DNA of 57,984 bases, filler included, from Ionaspis alba (lineage: Eukaryota), in NCBI GenBank assembly GCA_964255285.1. It is 6 parts of 6 records of this genome, joined end to end, with 100 filler letters (N's around TTAATTAATTAA, not from the genome) between each part and the next. Parts side by side here need not be neighbours in the genome. Positions count along the whole stretch, not along the records: positions 1 to 9,613 come from CAXUUL010000661.1; positions 9,714 to 19,321 come from CAXUUL010000662.1; 4 more parts are not named here. One strand, 5' to 3'. Both the position numbers and the translations under genes were made by a program. Of the stretch, positions 1 to 12,369 are shown piece by piece. The first letter of the stretch is position 1. Every line of letters starts with the position of its first letter. The notes under the pieces are model-generated. The model worked only from the letters and a program-made list of their open reading frames with translations, was not told where the DNA came from and made no database searches.

Positions 1-215
1 ATATTAAAGTCGAGTAAAAATTAAAATAAATAATCAATATTTTAAAAATTTATAATATAATTTAAATACAAAATGTAAAAAAAATTTAAAAAATATAAAA
101 AAACGCCTGTTGATATAATATCTAATTATTCCCGGGTAATTTATTATATAATATTCCAAATTATTTACTATAACTTTCACCCGTATAATTTATTATAAAG
201 TAAAATGTTGAAGGT
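1..215. other. Very AT-rich scaffold end, probably a RIP-degraded repeat/transposon relic
   Basis: Runs of TA/AAA with few C/G, sharply unlike the balanced-GC genic DNA that follows; no ORF. Confidence 0.45.
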
Positions 216-407
216 TTAGATATTGACCGGCGCAACGTCCTCCCGGCTAAAATAAGGTTTTTCCGGGTATCGAGGTTCTCCCGGGGCCAAACCATGACAA
301 TTCTCTCCCAATTCCATTCCTAGTGACAACCCGACTGAAGACTTTTTTAAATCCAGTCAAAAGAACCATGCCATACTTTGCACCATCCGGGTGTCACTGT
401 CTATCGT

Positions 408-2307
408 CTAAATCTCAACTAGCACTTTTAGCTCGTTGTCCATCCATTCATTTGTACTTGCCGCATCCAAGGCTGCAGTCCATTGTCCATCCTCAACAAT
501 TTGGACGAGTCCCTGCGGCAATAAAACAGTGAATTGCCCCGGACGTACTTCGACCCCAGCACCCTTGACAGCAGGCTGCATACCTATACTAGCCAATAGT
601 ATAGTCAAGTCACTACCCTCGTTGATAGGAACATCTAGACGAGGTAGAATTCGTTTTCCTGCTTTTAGGAGATTGATATGAAGCCTTACGGAGTTGACCG
701 ATTTCACTTCTGTCGATAGATCTGTGTTTACGGGAAAACTTGACGGCAACAATGGCGATCTGTATACACCTGATGCAATCAACTTCTGGCCGGTGTCTGA
801 ATCCCTTGTGCCCTGATGTTCATGGGAAGGCGATCGGCTAAGACCTTCTCGTATGATGCGGAATAAGTTGTGGAGGAGAGGACGAAATCGATATGGCTGT
901 CAGCAGTTGCCTATGTATTACTGATGATTTCAGGGCTTACTGATGGCGCCTTTCGCTGATGGGTAAGCTCAGAGGGCTCTGTAGATCTGCACTGTCCAAA
1001 TAGCCTGTGCCCAAGATTCGATCAATAATTTCGTCTTCACATGATGTACTGCATTTGCTACCCTTGAGCTGTGCAGCACCATGAAACATCCTACAATGAT
1101 GATCGATGGTCGCTACCAAGCCGTTGTAAGCAGTTTGCGTTAGACCAGACTGTACACCGAGCTTGTCGAGCTGCATAATTAATTCTTTATCTTTATACGT
1201 CGTCGTCCACACCACATAGTCCTCCAGATCTGCGCCACAAACTTTGAGGAAGAACTCATGGTGATCTGGAGCTGGACTGTGAGGGTGTGGCTCAGAGCGT
1301 GGGTCTTGTTCCAGAATCTGCTGGCTTCGGTTGTTGAGCTTCCTCCGCTTGGTAACGCTTTCACCGCAGGAATCTTCTACCTTTCTAGTCTCAACGGCGT
1401 ATCGTCTCTGACGCTCATTCGTTACCATTCGCCTCAACAAGGGCATAACGGCACTGATGATATTGTTTTTGTGTGTAGGCCAAAACATAGTCCTCACAAT
1501 TCCTTCATCGCCTTGAACGTGCGATCCAAAGAAGAGATTCCCGTTACCCTCAGCCTCCAAGAATTCTTTCACACAGGTCCAGAGTCGTAGCTTAACGAGC
1601 TCCGAGTCACCTTTGCCACGCTGGCCAACCGTCTCTTTCCGATCTGGGTAGGCGTCATTGAGCATATAAGCTTTGGCCTTGGCTTGCAACTGCAAGAAGC
1701 CTTCTGGAGACAATTCCAGAGATGTAAAAAGTTTTGACATTGGAGGCCGGGTATACTTCTTGCTGGTGGTAGAAGTACGCCGGAAAAGTGCAGAGCCTGA
1801 CTGTAGAGTGCCCAAGGGTGCATCAAAGCCAGCCTCATCGCTCATCGCCAATGGATCTCTTGCCTGTAGATCTGTGGTTCCATCTGTCGACAAGTGCTTC
1901 CGTTTTCTAGCATTGCGAGCGTGTTGCATCAATGAATTGGAGTCACTTGAAAGCGTGTTGGTATGGCTCGGATTTTGCTCCCTCGAGTCTTGTTGCTCAT
2001 CTATACCCTGTGATTGTCTTGTAGTCCGCCTTAGTCCATGTGTTGTCTTGGTGGGTTCCGCATTATCTATATCATCTTGACTCGCTGCAGCTGTAGCGGC
2101 TTGGATAAGTCCCGCGAGGTGTCCGATCGAATCAGTTTGATGAACATGTAGAGCATCATCCGCTAAGGCATACATTCGATCGTCTGGCGCAGTTGATTGA
2201 CCTAGATCTGGGTAAATGCTTGTGGCCTCAGCTTGCTCATCCTGATTTTCATGATCATCCGTTGCCTGAGTGGACAAGGTATAGTATGGACCACTGCTCC
2301 GTGCCAT
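408..2307 (-). CDS. Conserved fungal hypothetical protein (spliced, >=2 exons), possibly nuclear
   Basis: 456-aa ORF 937-2307 ends at a GTAAG donor (~940) and the 408-782 ORF supplies a plausible C-terminus. Central block YTRPPMSKLFTSLELSPEGFLQLQAKAKAYML...LLRRMVTNERQRRYA, with basic NLS-like stretches (RKRKH, KRRK). Acceptor position uncertain. Confidence 0.7.
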
Positions 2308-2674
2308 ACTGTTCGATCAAAGATCATCAGAGAGTGATCGATCCTATTCCTATACTGGCTTTACGAGGATGACACTGTGACGCACGGTGAAGTGAATTGA
2401 TTAGCAAAGCCATTTCTAGTCCGCTCCCCCAGCCTCTCGCAACCCTGCGAGTAGTTTGTTGACAGAAGGCTTTCATAGTAGTGTAGAGTGTAGGCAATTG
2501 AAACACGCAACAGAAAGGCGTATTACGAACCTTTGCACATCCAACGCAAGAATGTTTGCAGCGTATGTCAGGTTTGGTTGACTAGGGTTGGCCTGGACGA
2601 CCACTCTTCAGCTTCAGAAGAATGGCTTTCACAATGCCGTAAAATACCCCATCAGAGACTATTAAAATTTAGGG

Positions 2675-3462
2675 ATGGCCTCGATCAAAGCCAATGCACG
2701 CAAAGTCGTGTGCATAGGTAGAAATTACGTGTAAGTAGTAGATCTTTAGGTTTCTTGGATTGACGGTTGCTAATGAAGTAGAGATCATGTCACAGAGCTA
2801 AATAACCCTCGTCCGAAGCAGCCATTTTTCTTTTTAAAACCGCCTTCCTCTATTCTACCACCTAAGAGCGGTCCTGTACTACAACCAAGGGGTGTGAAGC
2901 TTCATTACGAGGTTGAGCTGGCTCTGATAATACGAAAAGAGGTCCGGGATTTGGATGCGGATGATGAGGCTCGTGCATTCGACGCAATCGACGGTGTGTC
3001 GAGTTCCTCGAAGGAGAATGATGGCGGCTTATAAAAGCAGGGTACTGTTTGGCCATTGACATGACTGCTCGTAACGTCCAGGATGAAGCCAAAAAGAAGA
3101 GGCTTCCATGGTCCATCGCCAAAGGATTCGATACATTTCTCCCAATCAGCAATTATATCTCGAAAAATTTGATACCGGACCCTCATAAATTGGACTTGTA
3201 TCTGAACGTCAACAACGAGGTCAAACAAAGCGACAGTACAGAGTTGATGCTCTTCAAAATTCCCAGACAGTTGAGCGATATTTCCAAAGTCATGACTTTA
3301 GAAAAGGGCGACATCGTTTTGACTGGAACACCGAAAGGCGTGGGACCCGTGTCAGTCGGAGATGTCATAAAAGCAGGTATCCGAGTTGGAGAGACGGAGC
3401 TGGAGAGAGTTGAAGTCGAGGTAGCCGAAAAAGGAGGCTTGTATGAATATACTGAGACATGA
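2675..3462 (+). CDS. Fumarylacetoacetate hydrolase-family protein (FAHD1/Fmp41-like), 3 exons
   Basis: MASIKANARKVVCIGRNY | DHVTELNNPRPKQPFFFLKPPSS...LHYEVELAL | YCLAIDMTARNVQ...WSIAKGFDTF...TLEKGDIVLTGTPKGVG. Introns ~2731-2781 and ~2993-3040. Confidence 0.93.
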
Positions 3463-3498
3463 AAGATCAGCTTACCAGCATCAAATTATTTCCTCGGT

Positions 3499-4002
3499 CT
3501 AAGCCAGCAGAGTTCTTTTATCTCGAGCACGCCTTTCTGAATCTGCAATCATTTTCTGAGTCTCATCCTTCAGAATTTCCCAGGTCCAGCCACTCTTGTC
3601 TAGAGACGCTTCCAACGCCACTCGCTGATGCTTGCTGGTGATACCTTTCAGAAAACCTTTCACAAGCTCAGCCTCACGCTCAATTTTTAATGTTTCGCCC
3701 ATGTCTAGGTAATCCTGTAAACTATGCGTCCCTTGAGTGATCTGCAGCTCAAGACTGTCTTTGTTGTCTTGTTTCTTTGCCCGTACTGCAGCCAAATTGC
3801 TCGTTGCAATCTGCTCTTCATTTGCTTGTCGCTGGGTAGCTTCTCTGCCAGTTGTTATCCTGGTATTGGCGTTGGGCGGGCTTTGTTGTAGTGACTGGAG
3901 GTCGACCACAGCCTGCCGTAAGCCCTCGAACGTCACTTCCAGATCGTTGATCCGAGACAAGTGAGACTTATGCTGGTCGTGCGATCGTTTAGCCCACAAC
4001 AT
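3499..4002 (-). CDS. Hypothetical coiled-coil protein (last exon; upstream exon not resolved)
   Basis: 167-aa helical ORF preceded by a GCTAAC branch point and TAG acceptor (~4014-4038), implying a 5' exon. Confidence 0.55.
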   Translation of the reverse strand: MLWAKRSHDQHKSHLSRINDLEVTFEGLRQAVVDLQSLQQSPPNANTRITTGREATQRQANEEQIATSNLAAVRAKKQDNKDSLELQITQGTHSLQDYLDMGETLKIEREAELVKGFLKGITSKHQRVALEASLDKSGWTWEILKDETQKMIADSERRARDKRTLLA

Positions 4003-4740
4003 CCACTCTGGTTCTAGTGGTCCAATCTTTCGTTAGCGTCCGACTTCGAGAATCACTCTGAGTTCATTATGGTGTAAAATATACCCATATGTGCCCCTGC
4101 TTTGGTTGGATATATGAGCAGGCGTGATGAGATTTGATTGAGCTGGGTGAGTAGATGTGGAAGTAAGAAAGGCCTGCTCGTATAGAGGTTACTCGCCTAA
4201 ACGCTCTCATTTGAGTAGCATGCAGCAGCCGATATACACCAAGTCACCTACGTGTGACTACTTTTCATTGATAGGATATGATAGTATTATAGTCATTGGT
4301 GGTCTACACGGAAATCACCCCGTGTCAGACCAGAGTAGTTTGGTAAAATGCATTGCATGCGAACGATCTATCTAGTATGAATGGAAAATCATTAATGTCG
4401 CTATCGTTGTTCTCCAGTTCACCCCCGAAAGTAATATCGTCACACAACGTGACATGAAGCATGATACTTTTGAAGATGTGCACCCACCTTGCCAAGCACA
4501 AAGGACAGCAAACCCAGACATCATGAAAAGCAGTCAACTCAAAGCTTCGTGAGAAGGGAAGCGACTAATAGCACCAGAATTACCAAGGAGACAATACACT
4601 ACTTCCGCCTTATGTAAAGAGAAGAGTGTGATCCTTGAATGTGTAGTCGGAAGAAAACTGTTCGGACGAACTAGACCGGTTGTTGTAAAATCCCAATCCA
4701 TGGCCACTATCCGTCTGTTGACAGCCTGTCAAGGTTTCGA

Positions 4741-6260
4741 CTAGATAAGATCTAGAGGAATAAATTAGTTAAATTGTGGCAGAATTACGAAAGGGGACCA
4801 ACCTGCGACGTTCATAGGCATCTCTTCGATCTGCGTGCTGTAGAATTGCTCGATCTCTCTCATCATTCGTACATCATCTGCGGTAACAAAATTTATGGCC
4901 ACGCCTTTCCTTCCAAAACGACCACCGCGACCAATGCGATGGATGTAATTTTCACGATTTGCGGGCAGATCATAATTGATAACAAGGGAGACTTGCTGCA
5001 CATCAATTCCACGAGCCAAGAGATCGGTGGCAATTAAGACACGAGATGATCCGGATCGGAACTCTTTCATGATCAGGTCACGTTGACCTTGATCCATATC
5101 TCCGTGCATCGCCGAGACTGTAAAGTCACGAGCGGTGAGTTTGTCAGTGAGCCAGTCAACCTTCCTTCGAGTGTTGCAGAAAATCACAGCTTGGGTGATG
5201 GTCACGGTCTCGTAGAGATCAGAGAGCGTGTCGAGCTTCCAGTCCTCCTTCTCTACTGCAACATAGAATTGCTTGATACCTTCAAGGGTAAGTTCGGCCT
5301 TTTTGACCAAGATGCGGACCGGGTCTCGCATAAACTTAGTCGTGACCTCTAGGACGTCCTGAGGCATGGTTGCAGATAACAGAACAACCTGAGTCGACTG
5401 TGGCAGTAGTTGGAAGATATCGTAGATTTGTTCTGTGAACCCACGCTGCACAGCCATGTAAGTGAATAGACCTGTGATCTGGAAGCATTGTTCTTACGGA
5501 GAGCATCTCGTCAGCCTCATCTAAGACGAACATCTTCATGGAGTCGGTTTTGAGTACACGACGCTGAATCATGTCCTGGACACGACCTGGAGTGCCGACG
5601 ACGACCTGGGGCCCCTCCTGTAAAGCTTTCATATCGTCTCGGACGCTAGTTCCTCCAATACAAGCATGGCACTCGACGTTCATGAAATCACCAATTGCAA
5701 CAACAACCTTCTGGATCTGTTGTGCGAGTTCTCGGGTAGGCGCCAGAATAAGCGCCTGACAAGCTTTGACATTAGGATCCAATTTCTGTAAGACCGAAAT
5801 GGAGAATGTGGCAGTTTTCCCGGTGCCAGACTGCGCTTGGGCAATGACATCCGAACCTGCGAAGCCAAAGTTATGACACATTTTGGTAGCACCTGGGTAA
5901 TAATAGCGACCAACCTTTGATAACCGGCATGATCGCACGCGACTGAATCGCTGATGGACGTTCAAATCCATACGCATACACGCCTGCAGCTCAATTGTCA
6001 TCTTCTGCGAAGACCGTATCAGGCATACTTCATACCTCGCAGAAGCTCGCTCTTCAGGTTCATGGAATCGAACGAATCTGTAACTTCGTCGTAGTTGGAC
6101 TCGATCTGCCCTATCAACACCAGAATCGTTAGTACAATAAATTATGGCATTCCTAATCTCAATTTCCGTGAGTGCAAGTCATAGCTCTTTGCTTCTAAGT
6201 TATTGAGAAAAATAATATACCTTCTGGGATCTCTTCGAGACCCTTGTCGTTGGAAGCCAT
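4741..6260 (-). CDS. TIF1: Translation initiation factor eIF4A (DEAD-box RNA helicase), multi-exon
   Basis: [30 protein letters not shown] and HRIGRGGR motifs. Starts [13 protein letters not shown] at 6260 and ends ...MPMNVA|DLI* at 4741. Confidence 0.97.
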
Positions 6261-6874
6261 GATTGCGGTGTTTTAGAAAGACCACAGGCGTGTGCTGTGA
6301 TCCGTGTCGAACGACGGAATTTGTGTTGTGCGTGTTGTAGATCTGGTCCCAGGTCTGTCAGAAAGTCGCAGGTATCAAAGAGGCTTAGAAATCACTGATA
6401 TGAGTACCAGGCCGCTGTAATGTGAGCGCAGACTGGATATGTATTTTGAAGGATGGTGAGTGTTATTTGCAGTTGTGGTATCGGGAAGGCGATATCTTAT
6501 GTGAAAGTGAAAAAAGTTGATGGAGGCAAATCGGCTAGCATGGAAAAGTGTTACCCTATGGGAGCCTAGCGAATCGTCGGTGAATCATCCCGACAAGCGA
6601 TGCAGACTCCGCGGCCATCCCTGCATTCCACATGCTTTCTTTCTCAAAAACCTCCCTATCCACCAAACGACTTAGCATTTACTTTCACTCCAATACCATG
6701 ACTCATGCTATCTGTTTACTTATTCGGCCATCCATTTCCTAGATGAGGTACAGGCTCCGAAACAATACTGGCTACCACCCTCATCAAGGTGATACGACTT
6801 AATTGCTGCAGGTACTAGTAGAGGTGTCGGCCCTTGTCGATGCTCACGAAACTTTCAAAATAACCCTATCAGTT

Positions 6875-8630
6875 ATGGAGATTCACAACATGCATCGAAA
6901 GCGTCACCCTTTATATTCTCCTGTGATTGATATCGACAACTATGAGGGTACTCCCGAATATGCAGCATTGATGACCATCCCACGGCATCCTCTGGACGTT
7001 AAGCCCGTCGGCAACGCATACACGTCACCCACCAATCTCAAATTATCTGCGGGTCTCTTTGCTTTTCTGTCAGACGAGATTATCGTCCAAGTGCTTGAGC
7101 ACCTGCATGCTAAAAGTCTCGTTGCGGTGGGCTCGACCTGTAAAGCACTCTTCGCATTCAGTAGGATGGAGGAGCTATGGAGAACGCTCTTTATTCGGTA
7201 GGTTCTCTTCCTTGAGTTTCTTGTTCTTCTTGTTGTACCTGCGCCGAGTGCGGTCTGCCTTCGAGCAGATCCGCGGAGCCTTTGGCGTCTCAATGGCTGT
7301 TTGGTGCAATGAAGGGGGGCAGTCGGCTGAGCATGCGTTGGCGTCTATTGTTTTAAAGGATTTCGATGGTCGTTATTGGAGCTAAGTCGTTAACAGTAGA
7401 TTGCCTCCATTTTCTTTCAAATGGCGTGGGACTTGGTACTCAACTTTGACCGGGGTGTCAGACAAACTCACTGCGAAAATATCTTGTCAGCATCTATTCT
7501 CGGATGTAATTTATCGTCCTTTTCTTTGTGCGCATTCATCCCTGATACCATATACCACCAACATCCCGAAGCAGAATCAAATACCACGATTTGAAGACTT
7601 GTCAGCCACCACGTTTGCCAATCAGTGGGCGGACAAACCGTTCATCTTGACGAAGCCAGTGACTCAGTGGCCTATATATGGTGAGTGGACACTGGAAGCT
7701 TTGCTCAACAAGTATGGCACTGTCAGCTTTAGGGCGGAAGCCGTCGAGTGGCCACTATCCACCTACGCTGAATACATGGAAAACAATACAGACGAAAGCC
7801 CATTGTACCTATTTGACCGGGCTTTCGTGGAGAAGATGCAGCTTACCGTTGGCAAAGACGGACAGTATTGGGCTCCTAGGTGTTTCGGACAAGATCTGTT
7901 TGGACTTCTTGGGCGTGACAGGCCGGATAGTCGGTGGCTGATAGTTGGCCCGGAAAGAAGCGGTAGCACATTCCATAAAGATCCAAATGCTACCAGGTGA
8001 TTACTCCGTCGCGTAGTATGTTGACGGACTACTAAGGATGCGCACAGTGCCTGGAACGCGGTACTCCGAGGCTCGAAATACTGGATTATGTTTCCAGCAT
8101 CTTCTTCGGGCCCACCTCCGCCTGGGGTTTTCGTTTCCCGCGATCAGAGTGAAGTGACAAGCCCGTTGAGCATAGCGGAGTGGCTGATAGAGTTTCATGC
8201 CGTGGCAAGGAGCACAAAGGACTGCATCGAAGGCATATGCCAAGAAGGCGAAGTTCTACATGTTCCGTCCGGATGGTGGCATCTTGTTGTGAATCTTAGC
8301 CGTTGTATTGCAATCACACAAAATTTCGTCCCTATGGCACATTTGAGCGATGTATTGAGCTTTTTGAGAGACAAATCTGATCAAGTCTCCGGGTTTCACC
8401 CCAGCACTGAAGATCCATACAATCTCTTTGTCCAGAAGCTGGAGCAATGGAATTCAGCAACGTTGGACAAAGCTTTGAAAAGGCTGGCCCATAATCCCAG
8501 AGGTACGAAGAGAAAATGGAGAGAATTAGTTGCCAATGATAATGGTCAGGGAGCTGCGAAAGGTAGCCGACATGATTTCAGCTTTTCTTTTGGAGAGAGT
8601 GAGGCGTCACTTTCTCCAAAAGAGTCCTAG
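6875..8630 (+). CDS. F-box and JmjC domain protein (JMJD6-like hydroxylase family), 3 exons
   Basis: F-box-like LSDEIIVQVLEHL...W in exon 1; JmjC motifs DESPLYLFD, GSTFHKDPNAT|SAWNAVLRGSKYW and VPSGWWHLVVNL. Introns ~7198-7399 and ~7997-8047. Start codon uncertain. Confidence 0.88.
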
Positions 8631-8716
8631 GAGATGTCCACGAGATATTTGACAAATCTATGGCGAGAACGTGCTTTGCTTCATCAATCGACAATCTGTA
8701 CCAAGGCCACCGCCAT

Positions 8717-9386
8717 CTAGTGACATGCTACCGTCTTGGTAGCGGGCCCACTTCCAAATGCCAAATAGCCAACGAATGCCCCAGCTGCAACCGCTAGCAT
8801 CACCCAGCCATTGTAAGTCATAAATAACAGCCTGTGCTCCAAGTATTAGCCGAAGGACTACGATCGCTCACAATGATCCACTCTCACATGATGAAGAAGC
8901 TGTAAAACACCTGCACGGCGTACAGAGACGCCTTGATGATCTTTGCCTTTCGCTCTGCCTGACTGGCTTTACCCCCTAGCTGAAGGAATGAGCTCGAATC
9001 TACCCCATCGTCTAGACATGGCCTTAGTCGTGGGGATGACAACTCTCGAACCTGGACTAAAACCAGCATGTACGTACTAGGAAGACTGTTCATGTATTCT
9101 GCACTCGAAGCTTCGTAACGTCTACTTGCTTCACGAACCAGTTCGTAGCCAGCAGTCAACAGGGCGACAGCTAGCAATGACATTATAAGTCCAAAAGTCG
9201 ATGAGATATGCCACTGTCGGAAGATAATGCACAGATTGGTTGAATCCCAGGTGAAGAGCATCTACTGCTGGTCAGCGTTGTCTTCGTCTAGTGCGTATCC
9301 CTATACAGTATTACATTCATGTTGCACATGGGCCCCTCCAAGGGCATGTCTACACGACCGTAGCCCATAGTATGGTGACGATCCAT
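8717..9386 (-). CDS. Ctr-family copper transporter (Ctr2-like, low-affinity/vacuolar type), multi-exon
   Basis: His/Met-rich N-terminus (MDRHHTMG...MCNMN|MLFTW), MxxxM (FFIM|LLFMTYNGW), GxxxG and C-terminal ACH*. Confidence 0.88.
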
Positions 9387-9613
9387 AGCAATCTTATATA
9401 ATTGCACGAGAAGCTTATGATATAGTTCGAAGGAACCAGAGATGTAAAGATTAAGGCTTGACAGTCTTTCGAGAGGACTGGAGCATTGAAGTATATTCCA
9501 AAGGCACATGTAGTTGCTCGTGGTGGCGTGTTTCATTACTCCTCAAACACGAAGGTCTACGGAACCCCGGTGTGGCACAGACCACTGCTTAGTCATCATA
9601 TCATGACTACTTG

Positions 9614-9713
9614 NNNNNNNNNNNNNNNNNNNNNNNNNNNNNNNNNNNNNNNNNNNNTTAATTAATTAANNNNNNNNNNNNNNNNNNNNNNNNNNNNNNN
9701 NNNNNNNNNNNNN
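9614..9713. other. Artificial scaffold-joining linker (N44-TTAATTAATTAA-N44)
   Basis: Six-frame-stop spacer; the same linker recurs at 19322-19421, 29007-29106, 38692-38791 and 48339-48438. Confidence 0.97.
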
Positions 9714-10087
9714 TCGACAAACACACCCTCGAAATAGCCGCCGCAGACGATGAGACCTACTCCAGCATACAAGAGCTAGCGGACGAGCTGCCAGGACATT
9801 CGCCGAGATACATCCTACTGAGCTATCCTCTGACTTTGGTACGTCTCCGGAACACCTTCTGGACAAGACAGGAGCTCTAGGACTAATTAAAGTAGGCGTC
9901 TGGGCGTGTATCGGTGCCTTATGTCATGATCTACTACCTACCGGTGACGTGCAACGCAGAGCTACGAATGCTTTACGCGGGCGCGAAGGAGTTAATGCGG
10001 AACACAGCTGAGGTGGGAAGGGTGATTGAGATGACGGATGCGGAAGATTTGGAGGGGATTGAGGGAAAGCTTGCTGGGGAGTCGTGA
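9714..10087 (+). CDS. AIM7: Glia maturation factor (ADF-H family, Aim7-like), 5'-truncated by scaffold end
   Basis: ELADELPGHSPRYILLSYPLTL | ASGRVSVPYVMIYYLPVTCNAELRMLYAGAKELMRNTAEV...; intron ~9839-9895; TGA at 10085-10087. Not in the ORF track. Confidence 0.88.
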
Positions 10088-10343
10088 TAAAGCTCCAGAG
10101 GGACAAGGACGGTGTGAGGTATATGGGAAGCGGGCGTTGAGGAGCAAGGGTGACTAGTGTCAGCATGTGATATTCTAGACGAGGAATCGATGGTTCAAAT
10201 GCCACGCCGTGAAGCGCGGCTTTTAACGTCCTGCTATATTGCTATACGTCTATGTGATTGCAATGAGCACGAGAAATCTGGCTAAGTAGGCTTTTTGTAC
10301 AGAGCTCCGCCAGCACCGGCCTACATCTAGTTAGTCGGTCTCT

Positions 10344-11671
10344 TTAGGTCTTCTTGTGCATAACAGTCGCAGCGGCCTGGGCTCAAATCAGTACATTCAG
10401 ACTCCATGAGGGAGTTTTGGTATATGGAAGGGAGGTGTCCAATTGTAGTGCTCTAATCGATAAGGGGAAGGAGATCGGATTGCGAACTTACTTGGTGGTT
10501 CGGAAATATCAGGGTATCCTAGGGAGAGTCAGTCAGCTGGATGATGCCTGAAACAGTGATGGATGACGAGGTTATACGCACTGCAATGACAACATTTTCT
10601 CTCCGGCCGGCAATAAATACTACGAGCTGGATGTTGTCAGCCATTTGTCGCAGTAATCTAGTGGATATTCATGAGTTACCTCTGCAATATCATCTGGCGT
10701 GAGAGGCTCACAGCCACTGGCAAATGGTCAGCGTCCAGCCAAGGGAAGAGGTCAAGAAATGACCTACGCATACACGGCATCTGCCTTTGCCTTGTCACCG
10801 TAGAATCTTACAACAGAAAACTCCTATATCGATCATAAGCCGACCGTCTATGATGACAACTAGACAAGAACTGACAGTCTCGACCTGCCCAGGATCCACT
10901 TCCATAATTCTTATCCTCGTAGCTATCAACTCCCTCCGCAATGCATCTGTAAAGCTTCGAACTGAGGCTTTTGTAGCACAATATATACTACCACCCGGGT
11001 AGGATTCTCGTCCAGCCACGCTACCAATATTGATGATATCACCCTGGCCACCATCTGGCCGCTTCTTGAATATTGGGAGAACAGCTTGCGTCATATTGAT
11101 CAGACCTAGGACATTGGTATCGAACATGACTTTGATGTCTTCTTCAACTATCGAGGGAGCTTGTGCAGTTCCCTTGACTAAGCCGCTGGATCCGAAAACC
11201 AGTCAGCGCTTGCTTTGCTACCAATGGCGGAAGGACGCACGCATTGTTTACCAATACATCAACCTCTCTAAACTCCTCCGGCAAAGCCTCCACGAATCCT
11301 TTCACTTCCGCTTGGTTGCTAACATCCAATCTGAACGGTAAGACCTTGACACCGTCCCCCACCTCTTTCTTGATCTCCTCCGCAATCTGCTTCAGCGTAT
11401 CAATCCTTCGGGCTGTCAAGACAAGCTTGAGGTTCTTCGGCGACGTCCGCGCGAATTCCATTGCCGTGCTCTTGCCAATCCCGCTCGATGCCCCTGTCAC
11501 GACGATGGTTTTGCCCTCCAGGCGCTTTCCCATAGCTGTTGCCATTGTGCGTTGATAGAGCCTGCTAGGTAATGGGGAGTGGAGAAATGGTATCGGGAAC
11601 GTCAAGGATCTGGCAGGCTGGGGGATGTTCGACCCAAAATAGAGTCGTGTCAACGTTCTCAACGCCAGCAT
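10344..11671 (-). CDS. NADP-dependent short-chain dehydrogenase (YMR226C/YdfG-like 3-hydroxy-acid dehydrogenase), multi-exon
   Basis: TGASSGIG, NNAG (across an intron), NIGSVAG, YCATK and PGQVET; ends ...QAAATVMHKKT*. Second in-frame ATG at 11545. Confidence 0.9.
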
Positions 11672-12166
11672 AAAAGAGACAAGTTAGATGATTATGGATG
11701 ATGATCAATTAGTACAATTGCGAAAATTATGGACCATCCCGCCGCTTCTTCATGTTTGTCCAGTCCTTCACGTGTAGTTCAACTGCGGGATGACGTCGTA
11801 TGGATTCGAGGCAGGGGGACAAGAATCGTTGCCGGTTCATAATTAGCACAATACTTAGCCGAGAGACCCCCGGGGACACTTAATTATTAGAGGACACAGT
11901 GGATTTATAACAAGGGCCCACCCCCTAAGGATCCCCCGCTTGGGAGGAATTATGCTATTTGTGTTCCCCTTTCGATTGTTATACTATTAGATCGATTACA
12001 GAACGGAGGCATGTGAGAACGGATCGGCAGCATAGATCTTCCGTCGCCAGTCTGTCCCTTTTCTCCGCACAATCAACCTTCTTTCGCTCGTACTAAAACT
12101 ATTCATTCCCTATGTTTGTAAAAAGTAAGTGGGTGGAGACCCAATTACTAAAAAGTAAAAATCACA

Positions 12167-12280
12167 TGACAAGACAGGGATTCGAACCCTGGAGGTTTGC
12201 ACCAGAGCAATATGTAGCCATCTTTTGATGGTCAAGATGAAAACTTGAGTGCTCCGCCTTAACCACTCGGCCATCTTGCC
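12167..12280 (-). tRNA. tRNA-Leu(CAA) with 33-nt canonical intron (12211-12243)
   Basis: GGCAAGA/TCTTGTC acceptor stem, TGGCCGAGTGG A box, GAGCA-CTCAAG^T-TGCTC anticodon arm, GGT-GCAA-ACC variable arm, CAGGG-TTCGAAT-CCCTG T arm; downstream T runs. Confidence 0.95.
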
Positions 12281-12369
12281 CTTTAGGATAGTATTGGTGC
12301 TCTTTTTCATTGTAATGTCCTGAGACTAAACTTCTCTGACAATCTATTCCAAACTTCCAACTCTTTTAC

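Noticed and set aside
6111..6220. eIF4A first intron as a snoRNA host
   Set aside because: No clear C/D or H/ACA boxes or terminal stem visible.
9658..9669. TTAATTAATTAA recurring at ~9.7-kb period as a biological repeat
   Set aside because: Always centred in 100-nt N blocks; a synthetic six-frame-stop linker.
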